Below, piece by piece: positions 56,575 through 64,000 of a stretch of 64,000 nucleotides of DNA. Numbering within the stretch: the stretch's first letter is position 1; the number at the start of each line of letters is the position of its first letter. The DNA lies in the IMG/VR virus record IMGVR_UViG_3300042888_001941, positions 64,001 to 128,000 of that record. One strand, written 5' to 3'. The notes under the pieces are model-generated. The model was not told the origin of the DNA, made no database searches, and saw only the letters and a list, made by a program, of their open reading frames with translations. Both the position numbers and the translations under genes were made by a program. Source of the DNA: a virus.

Positions 56575-58762
56575 CCTCCGGCTCTGTTACAAGAAGGAGC
56601 TGTACCGTTTCAGGAAAGCTTGGAACATCTGGAACTGACACCTTATATCCATCAATTTTTCTTACAAGAACTGTATCGCGTGGCTCGAGGTCGCTGCCAA
56701 GACGCATTCTTACAAACTCGTCTTCAACTACGATAGAGCACCAGTCTCCAGGTGCGTACTCACCAATCTTAGGAGATAAAGAGCCATTTACGCTAACTGA
56801 AATATCAGAGATAGGCGTGCGCATCTCTGCAAGATATCTTTGCGCGTGGTCGTATAGCGCTTCTTCATCACTTTCATCGTTACGTGATTCTTCTTGGTCA
56901 ATAAGAGGCCAGCCATCAGCCAAAAGATCCGTCGCGCTAGCGACAGCGTACGGTTGACTTGCGTCTTCTCCAAGATCTGAGTCATTTCCAACAACAAAGA
57001 AGCGTGTTGCAGAGTCTTCTGCGTTCTCTTCCATCGTCATGCTAATAATACTGCCTGGGTACTCGAACACAAGCTTGTCTGCACCAAAACGACTAATAGG
57101 CGATACTTCTCCTTCTGTAGGAGGGTCTGGAAAGTCAATAGCCATTAGCACAAACTCACGAGCGAACACGGGAATGTTTCCAACGTACTCTAGGTGGCAG
57201 TCAATACGATACTCAAAACCTTTAACAGTGTCTGAGTACTCGTCAAGTGCTTCTCCAACATTCTTAAGCTCAAAGCCACGGTAAGAAGTATTAGGAACGT
57301 TTTCTCCGCTATACTCATCGGTAGAATAATAAATGTCAATATCAGAGTTACCAGGGAACGGGCCATACGTCCCAACGGATACAGTAGGAGTTACAGTTGC
57401 TGTAGCTCCAGTGACTGCAGTCTGTGGCATGTCAGTATCAGCAAGATCAAAGGTAAATGTGGTTGATGTAGGGGTCTCAACAATTACATGAGATGTGTCA
57501 AACACGGTAACTGGCACCTGTACAACAAGAGATCCTGTAGGCGAGACTGCAGTTGAAGGGACATTAGATGCTTGTTTAGCGTACGTCAACGTAGTAGTAG
57601 AAGGAACGTTGTCGATGTAGTAAACACCGTTGAATGTAGAATCAACTCCGGATATGGTAATGGTGTCGCCTATGTTTGCCCCATGAGCAGTAGACGTAGT
57701 TATTGTTGCAATATTAGCAGTTAATTGCTTATTACTGATTGCCACAGCCGACCCGTCTACGCCAGAGATGACAACAGTGTCTCCAATGCTAAAACCGTGC
57801 GCAGCTGACGTTGTAATTTTTCCAATAAAGTCAGTAATACTTTTAAAGGTAACTGTCTTTGTTGACGCACTAAGCGCTGTAGAGGAGACGTTGCTAGCGG
57901 TAATGTTTGTAGTAAACGTGGTAGCAGTAGGCGTAGCTACAACGTCATGAACTCCATTGAATGTAGAGTCAACGTTAAACATGGTCACAGTCTGCGTAGG
58001 TATTAGACCGTGAGGAGATGCAGTAGTTAGTGTAGCAATGTTGCTCGTAAGAGCTTTATTTGTAATAGCGATATCAGTTCTTAGCGCAGGCTCTATCTCT
58101 GTGTTAGGAAAGGTGATGCCGCTAAAGTCGCTAAGTATCTCGTCAATGAGCTGGCGTACGTAGTCGTATGTATCTACACGAACGTAGACAGTTACATCGA
58201 TGTACTCGCCATTAGGAATTCCAGACGAGGCAATTGTGAACTGATCTGTCCCGTTAGCAGTGGACACAGTGTAGTAGTCATTATGCTCGTACATGTCTGT
58301 TGTAGAAAAAACAAGGCGCACAGGAGATCCTACAGGAAAGTCATACTCTAAGTTCTGTAATGTTACAGTTGCGGTTCCGCTTGATACGACAACGTCAGCT
58401 CCAAAGTCGTGAGTCCAAGTCTTCCATATGTTGCGGTGGTGAAGATAGCTTGTAAACTCTGAGCCGTTTACACTCAATGTTCTTTCAAGAACATCGTATG
58501 AGCGACTCCATATGATGCCACCCCAGATGCACACTTGGTCACGCACAATGTAGAGACCAGTCTTACCTGGCATTGTGCTATTATAAAGATCCATATGAGC
58601 AGTCTCCGGGATAACTGGGATAGTCCCACTAAATGAGCCAGCAGCCTTAATAGATCTCTCAAAGCTAACGCTGCGGAATGGAATTTCAGCAAGCACTGTA
58701 TTGCTGAGCAGGTCAGTAGTAAAGTACCTGTACTCTGCGGACGTGCCGTCTGTCGCTGCCAT
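56558..58762 (-). CDS. Minor tail/baseplate hub protein (actinophage Tal-like) with inserted beta-domain repeats
   Basis: YRY...DLL...LAE.P...WGG..W.R...FEYPG.I...GDW; several TT..AHG...GD...ISGV domains. Confidence 0.75.
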   Translation of the reverse strand: MAATDGTSAEYRYFTTDLLSNTVLAEIPFRSVSFERSIKAAGSFSGTIPVIPETAHMDLYNSTMPGKTGLYIVRDQVCIWGGIIWSRSYDVLERTLSVNGSEFTSYLHHRNIWKTWTHDFGADVVVSSGTATVTLQNLEYDFPVGSPVRLVFSTTDMYEHNDYYTVSTANGTDQFTIASSGIPNGEYIDVTVYVRVDTYDYVRQLIDEILSDFSGITFPNTEIEPALRTDIAITNKALTSNIATLTTASPHGLIPTQTVTMFNVDSTFNGVHDVVATPTATTFTTNITASNVSSTALSASTKTVTFKSITDFIGKITTSAAHGFSIGDTVVISGVDGSAVAISNKQLTANIATITTSTAHGANIGDTITISGVDSTFNGVYYIDNVPSTTTLTYAKQASNVPSTAVSPTGSLVVQVPVTVFDTSHVIVETPTSTTFTFDLADTDMPQTAVTGATATVTPTVSVGTYGPFPGNSDIDIYYSTDEYSGENVPNTSYRGFELKNVGEALDEYSDTVKGFEYRIDCHLEYVGNIPVFAREFVLMAIDFPDPPTEGEVSPISRFGADKLVFEYPGSIISMTMEENAEDSATRFFVVGNDSDLGEDASQPYAVASATDLLADGWPLIDQEESRNDESDEEALYDHAQRYLAEMRTPISDISVSVNGSLSPKIGEYAPGDWCSIVVEDEFVRMRLGSDLEPRDTVLVRKIDGYKVSVPDVPSFPETVQLLLVTEPEVDKIG

Positions 58763-58803
58763 TATTTATCCTTCGTCGTAAAAGTCGTTGAAACTATTGT
58801 ATT

Positions 58804-60441
58804 CTATCCGAGCCAAGCTGAGCGGTAAAAAACTTCAAGAACTGCTGTCGAATTTGCGTTGCCATCATCATAGAAGCTAAACACATTGTCGCCTGGCGCA
58901 AGAAGAATCCACTCTGAAAGTACGTCAATTAACCCGCGCTTTCCAATCGCATCTCCGTTAAGTGCAACCTCGTGCTCTCGTGTGTCAACTTCAAGAATGT
59001 CAGGGCCAAACGTAACTGTGCCAGAAGCTCCAGTTGATGAAACGTTATTTGCTGTCTTAGCGTACGTTAGGGTTGTTGTAGTTGGAACTGTAAGAATTGT
59101 GAACGTGCCATTGAACGTAGAGTCCACACCTGAAACAACGATTTGATCTCCAGCAAGAAGCCCGTGCGCAGAAGATGTAGTCAACGTCGCAATATTGCTT
59201 GCAAGAGCTTTGTTAGAAACCGTAGGCGTAAGAACTCCGCGAAGGGATCCAATAATAGTGACTAACTCATCGGTGGTTCTATTGAATATAGAAGCGGGTC
59301 CAGTCAGTGGGCCAGTAACTTGAAGAACTACTGACGCATACGCTGTGCCAGTGTTTGTCACCGTGCCAGCCCCGCTTGCAGCAGGAGACACGCTTTCTCC
59401 AGGAATAGTCACTGAACGATAGCCTAACTCATGCGCCTCGTACCATTCGTACTTTAGAGGGTCTGGAGCCTTTAGTCCAATAGAGAACTCTGTGCGCCCA
59501 CGTGCATTTACGGTCCTAATCTCCGGGCGCCCTGAGAGACGAACGTAGGACGCCTTGGTAGGGTTTTCATTGGTGCGTAGCCAATCGCCAACGTATACTA
59601 AATCTGTGTTCTTAATGAGCTTGTCACGAGCTGCGGCAACCTGCGAGGCACTAGGGGTGATAAACACTCCGTTAAGTGTAATTACGCGTGCGTTATAACG
59701 TCCACGTACATCGTACGAGCCATCACCGTATCCGCGAGGAATATCACGAACCTCTGGCTCGGGGTGCGTCCACCAACCTTCAATATCTGTGCAAACCCAG
59801 ACAACACCGTCTTCATCAATTGTGTTAAGAACAAGGCTACCAAGAGAGATGTCAGCGTTAAGCTGCATACCTGTAATCTTAGGAAACGGAACTGGGCTAA
59901 GACCCTTATTAACTGCTGTTGTTTCATACGCCTGCGTTACATCGTCAAAGTATTCTTCAACGTAAGAATTAGCCTCGAAAAGAATGGCGTCAAGCAAAAA
60001 CTTCTTAGATACTGTCCCTGCTGTAGGCTGAACTACTGAGATAAGTGCAGCCACAGCGTTAGCAGGAGACGTAAACACACCGCCAAGGCGAGTCCAGTCT
60101 ATTCCGTTAACAATTTCAATGGAGGTAGTGTTTGAAGTAGATATAAGTGATCCGCCGCTGACAGCGGTGTACCAGGCAACATTGATTCTAAGTGTGCCAG
60201 TCTCTGAGTCTGCTGGAACTTTCACGTACGCAGATACTGCGTACGAGGTTGAAGCTGACACCGCGATTCGTGATGCAGTAACCGCACCTGAGTCTGACGC
60301 TGCAGCCTTTGTTACCTCAAGGCAGGAGGAGCCAAAGAAAGCGTCATAGGTAACACGCGCAATAGTACTTGAGCCAGTTAGTGACCAGCCTGTTGTATTT
60401 GTCTTAAAGGATGGATTAACAATTAGGTTAGTTCTAGCCAT
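58804..60441 (-). CDS. Distal tail protein (Dit) with N-terminal CBM4/9-like domain
   Basis: Start MARTNLIVNPSF at 60441; GW..P...R..G.G...R.ITL.G...APDP.KY...L.PG.N; directly after the tape measure gene. Confidence 0.75.
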   Translation of the reverse strand: MARTNLIVNPSFKTNTTGWSLTGSSTIARVTYDAFFGSSCLEVTKAAASDSGAVTASRIAVSASTSYAVSAYVKVPADSETGTLRINVAWYTAVSGGSLISTSNTTSIEIVNGIDWTRLGGVFTSPANAVAALISVVQPTAGTVSKKFLLDAILFEANSYVEEYFDDVTQAYETTAVNKGLSPVPFPKITGMQLNADISLGSLVLNTIDEDGVVWVCTDIEGWWTHPEPEVRDIPRGYGDGSYDVRGRYNARVITLNGVFITPSASQVAAARDKLIKNTDLVYVGDWLRTNENPTKASYVRLSGRPEIRTVNARGRTEFSIGLKAPDPLKYEWYEAHELGYRSVTIPGESVSPAASGAGTVTNTGTAYASVVLQVTGPLTGPASIFNRTTDELVTIIGSLRGVLTPTVSNKALASNIATLTTSSAHGLLAGDQIVVSGVDSTFNGTFTILTVPTTTTLTYAKTANNVSSTGASGTVTFGPDILEVDTREHEVALNGDAIGKRGLIDVLSEWILLAPGDNVFSFYDDGNANSTAVLEVFYRSAWLG

Positions 60442-60442
60442 G

Positions 60443-63370
60443 CTATGCACCTCCACGGCGTAGTTGGAATGCGATCTGGCGTGAAACCATATTAGCAAGC
60501 TCTGATTCGTTCATACCTTGCGATGGGTATACGTTAATTGTCATTCCTCCTCCGCCACCAGAAAGCATCTGAATCATTGCCTTATCACGCTTTGATAATC
60601 CGTCTGGGTCAAGAGGCTCTACACGCTCTGCACGACCAGCTTCTCCGATACGTGCAAGAGTTCCACCAACAGAAGGAGAAATAATTCCGCCTTCTGCAAG
60701 CGCTGGGAATCCTAATGTAAAACTTGGAAGAGTCTTACCAAGTATAGTTGCTCCACCAATTTTTAGTTTTTTAGGCGCTACGTTTAGATTCCACCACTGC
60801 TTGGCGTTGTTCCATGCATTTTTTAGTCCGTCAATTAGCCCGTTCCAGACGTTGCCTAGTATCGCTTTCATGCTCGCGACAAAGTTTCTAGCTGATGTTT
60901 TAATATTTTCCCAGTTTTGCGCAATAGAAATAACTGCTCTTCCAATAGGGCCGGTAAGCGCTCCTATTACTGCAACCCAGTTTGCTTTTACCCAACCAAT
61001 AAAACCTGTAATAATTTCTTTTACCTTTGCAAATGCTGCATCTACCGCTGTTCTAAACGCTTCGCTATTCTTATAAAGAAGAGCAAATCCCGCTATAAGG
61101 AGTCCAATTGCAAGAAGAATAGCTCCAACAGGGTTAGCGGCCAAGGCAAGACCGAACACTCGTAAAGCAGCAGCTCCGCCTTTTACTGCCGTAACAAACG
61201 CTCCACCAAGAGCCTTTGCAAGAGCAAGTAGCCCTCCGCCTACCGCTTTAAAGGCGGCAGCGCTCATGGCGTAAAGTTTTGCAGTGAATCCACCAGTTGT
61301 TAAAGTTGCTAATCTCTGAATACCAGTAAGTTTTCCTATGGTGCTTGCTAAGAAAATAATGTTTCCAGCAACAACCTTAAATCCAAACGCGGCAGCGCCA
61401 AATGCCAAGCCAAGTGCGCTAAATGTTCCAAATATTTTTGCTAAAAAGTCAAAAGCTGCTTTTACTGCTGGAATTGCTAAAAAGGTATTTAATGAGCTCA
61501 GCAAAGCGTTTAGAGTATTAAAGAAAGCAGTTATGCCGCCAGAAGAAGTAGTAAGCTCTGCAAAACGAATAAACGAAACTATAAAGGTTGCAAGAGCTGG
61601 GCCACCAGCATTAAGCTCCTTAAGAAGACCGCCAAATGAAGGAGCTGCTGTTTTAAGTATGTCAAAGAACTTTTTAACATTAGGATCTGCACCAGCCTTA
61701 AGAATCTCTTTTATAAACGCGCCAATGGACCCTAAGACTGCCTTAGAGTTTTCAGCCGTGCCTTTAAAGTAATCAGATAGCGCAGTTTGTCCTTCAATAC
61801 TCCCAGAAAACTTTTCAAACTCTGCTGTGACGTCCTTAAAGTACTCGATGAGGATGTACCCGCCACCGCCAGGTGTAAAGTTTGCCCTGACAATATTGAC
61901 AATTCCACTAATAGCATTTCCAAAAACTTCACCAATTTTTGCTGCTATATCTCCAGCCTTGTTGAAAAACTTTTCTAGCTCTCCATTTGCCTCAGCGGTG
62001 TCAAGGTACTTAGCCCACCCTGCAGTCTTGTCTTCTAAGAACTTATTAAACTTATTTGCAAGAGGTTGAGCTGAAACAAGAGTCGATAAGAATCCATCGT
62101 AAAGGTTAGCTGCTGATCTTGAGTAGCTTTCAATATTGATGCCAGCATTTCTAATAACTTGCTCTAGATCACCTATATTTTCGATATCGGTGATAGCATC
62201 AATGATAGTTCCAAAAGATTTTCCAATGCTATCGCCAAGCTCTTTGAGAACTGGTTTTAGTCCAGGAAAAAGTTTTGTACGAAGGTTTTCTAGGCCAGTC
62301 TCTAACTGAGGGAATAGGTCTCTTCCTAAGGCGTCACGCAATTCTCTAAGGGAAGGCATAAAGGTGCCGACCATATATCTAACAAAACTTTGTGCTTCTT
62401 TAGAGAGCCCAGCTAGTGCGTCTGCATACGCAGTATCGCCAGCGCCACCAGCTTTTGCTTTAACAAGAGCGTCTTCTGCTTCCTTCTGGTCACGAAGAGC
62501 TTCTATCTGACTTTTCTTAGCGTCAAGATACGTGTCTGTCTGCTTATAGACTTCTGTACCAGCTGCTGCTGCAGAGTCTCCAAGACGTTCTTGCTCTTTG
62601 CGAAGATCTGCGTTGCGGTCCTTAGCCTTACGCAAGTTGAGCTCTGCTTCTTGAAATGCAAGATTTGCTTCTCGGCGAGCACGAGAGTTAGGCGGTAGGT
62701 CTGACACACGAGCAAGAGTTTCGCGAGCTTTTTCTAGCTCAATGGCAGCTTTCTTTTCTGCAATAGCCGCGTCTTCTGCATCAAAGCCAAGTTGCTGTAT
62801 TTCTTCCTTGGCGGCCTCAGTAGCTTTTGCAAACTCGTACTGTGCTTCTGTTACTCGCTCTGTTGCTCTAAGCAGCCTAATCTTAGCAGCTTGTTCAGCG
62901 TCTGCATCTTTGGCAGAGCCTTTTTGCGCTTTACTTCCTGCAGATATCGCTGCCCCAACACCTTTTAAGGCTGACATAAGCCCAATGGCAGCGATACCAA
63001 CAGAGGTGAGTGCAGTGGCAAACACGATGCCAGCAGGAGCTGCTGCCAATAAAGCAGAAACAACTGTAGTTAATCCCCCAGCCAATGCGCCAAGACCAGA
63101 TACTAGTTGCGAAATGATAGGTCCAAGCGTAAAGCCAGTTCTTACGAGACTTTGGAATTGCTTCCGTGCCGCAAGAGCTTGCCTGTCGAAGTCACTTAAA
63201 GAGCGCCCCATAGAGCTGCTCATTCCTTTGCCGAACCCTCGAGAAAAAGTTTCTCCTACGGACTTTCCATCTTTGTTAAGATCTATCCCGCTTGCTGCTT
63301 TACGAACGTCATTCTCAAAACCTGCTGTTATAGCTTTAACAACTATATAGGCATCACCGACTATTGCCAT
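60443..63370 (-). CDS. Tape measure protein
   Basis: 975 aa, Ala/Gly-rich and helical with coiled-coil and hydrophobic segments; LA.GG...GEAG..E...PL C-terminus; AGGAGGT RBS. Confidence 0.88.
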   Translation of the reverse strand: MAIVGDAYIVVKAITAGFENDVRKAASGIDLNKDGKSVGETFSRGFGKGMSSSMGRSLSDFDRQALAARKQFQSLVRTGFTLGPIISQLVSGLGALAGGLTTVVSALLAAAPAGIVFATALTSVGIAAIGLMSALKGVGAAISAGSKAQKGSAKDADAEQAAKIRLLRATERVTEAQYEFAKATEAAKEEIQQLGFDAEDAAIAEKKAAIELEKARETLARVSDLPPNSRARREANLAFQEAELNLRKAKDRNADLRKEQERLGDSAAAAGTEVYKQTDTYLDAKKSQIEALRDQKEAEDALVKAKAGGAGDTAYADALAGLSKEAQSFVRYMVGTFMPSLRELRDALGRDLFPQLETGLENLRTKLFPGLKPVLKELGDSIGKSFGTIIDAITDIENIGDLEQVIRNAGINIESYSRSAANLYDGFLSTLVSAQPLANKFNKFLEDKTAGWAKYLDTAEANGELEKFFNKAGDIAAKIGEVFGNAISGIVNIVRANFTPGGGGYILIEYFKDVTAEFEKFSGSIEGQTALSDYFKGTAENSKAVLGSIGAFIKEILKAGADPNVKKFFDILKTAAPSFGGLLKELNAGGPALATFIVSFIRFAELTTSSGGITAFFNTLNALLSSLNTFLAIPAVKAAFDFLAKIFGTFSALGLAFGAAAFGFKVVAGNIIFLASTIGKLTGIQRLATLTTGGFTAKLYAMSAAAFKAVGGGLLALAKALGGAFVTAVKGGAAALRVFGLALAANPVGAILLAIGLLIAGFALLYKNSEAFRTAVDAAFAKVKEIITGFIGWVKANWVAVIGALTGPIGRAVISIAQNWENIKTSARNFVASMKAILGNVWNGLIDGLKNAWNNAKQWWNLNVAPKKLKIGGATILGKTLPSFTLGFPALAEGGIISPSVGGTLARIGEAGRAERVEPLDPDGLSKRDKAMIQMLSGGGGGMTINVYPSQGMNESELANMVSRQIAFQLRRGGA

Positions 63371-63408
63371 TTACTCACCTCCTTTCTTAATAGTTTAGTT
63401 TACTTATT

Positions 63409-63765
63409 TTACCTAGACAAAGGCTCGTCTAAGACTGCACCAAATGGTTTTGACATTGAAGCATCTACTGGCGTTGCGGGAACAAACGCCTTAGTTGGCC
63501 CCTTCAGTGGATTAAATGGGACTATAGCGTCATCATCTATAGGCTCATCAATATAGTAGTCTCCTCGAGCAGCCGTGTTCGTTGCGTTTCCAGAGGTGCC
63601 ATACTTGTATGGGTACCCGTAAAAGTCTTGGTAGATAATCTCACGAGAAGCGCTACGTGCATCAGCTTCTTCTTTAGAACCGTAGCTTACATCTTCTTCC
63701 ATAAAGAAATGAATAACGTCTAACATATCAGATGCTTCCATTTCTTTTAGATTAAGTCCGTTCAC
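63409..63765 (-). CDS. Tail assembly chaperone, C-terminal (gpT-like) frame
   Basis: Precedes the tape measure gene; frame stays open up to the candidate slip site at 63828-63837. Confidence 0.6.
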   Translation of the reverse strand: MNGLNLKEMEASDMLDVIHFFMEEDVSYGSKEEADARSASREIIYQDFYGYPYKYGTSGNATNTAARGDYYIDEPIDDDAIVPFNPLKGPTKAFVPATPVDASMSKPFGAVLDEPLSR

Positions 63766-63809
63766 GAGAGCTTTTCCATTAATGTATGGCCAGAGATCAA
63801 TCCCCCAAG

Positions 63810-64000
63810 TTAGGAGAGTTCTGGCTCCTTTTCCGGGCGTCCTGCGTACACCTCAACAAGCCAACCTGAAATTTCGCCAAGTGTTTCTACTGTTACAATC
63901 TTGTCTTCGCTCTCAAGAAGAGCCGAGAAACGAGTATAGCTCTCTGGCAAAAGAACTTGCTCAAAGAACATGTTGATTGTCTTTGCAGACTCGGCTGGAT
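63810..64000 (-). CDS. Tail assembly chaperone (gpG-like), 5'-truncated by the window edge
   Basis: Hand-translated ...PAESAKTINMFFEQVLLPESYTRFSALL...WLVEVYAGRPEKEPELS*; not in the track. Confidence 0.7.
   Translation of the reverse strand, partial: PAESAKTINMFFEQVLLPESYTRFSALLESEDKIVTVETLGEISGWLVEVYAGRPEKEPELS

Overview
A 64-kb piece of a tailed dsDNA phage, most likely a siphovirus of freshwater Actinobacteria. Support for this call: a phage WhiB, actinophage-type tail genes, several apparently leaderless TANNNT promoters, and GC in the upper 40s% by eye. The left half (1-35 kb) is a very large virion-appendage kit: five Thr-rich collagen-like fibres, nine Gly-rich proteins (six of them inside an A-B-C gene cassette present three times), a small serine recombinase, a CHAP endolysin, a secreted HNH nuclease, a Prim-Pol/SF3 helicase, a metallophosphoesterase, and two glycosyltransferases closing the fibre array, one resembling the N-terminal domain of animal procollagen galactosyltransferase. 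The right half (35-64 kb, minus strand) holds the tail module (chaperone, tape measure, Dit, minor tails), two 2OG-Fe(II) oxygenases, the replication/recombination genes, and an apparently complete T4-like cytosine-replacement pathway. That pathway comprises an Asp-type dCMP-specific thymidylate-synthase homologue, a dNMP kinase fused to a UDG-like domain, a gp56-like dCTPase, a dCMP deaminase and two beta-glucosyltransferase-like paralogues. The same gene block ends in a C5-methyltransferase-fold enzyme with intact catalytic motifs but a rebuilt cofactor pocket (motif X GN->GK). The best novel-system candidates are this cytosine-hypermodification system and a possible collagen-fibre glycosylation/hydroxylation system. 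All family calls come from motif recognition by eye and reference sequences recalled from memory; no database search was run.
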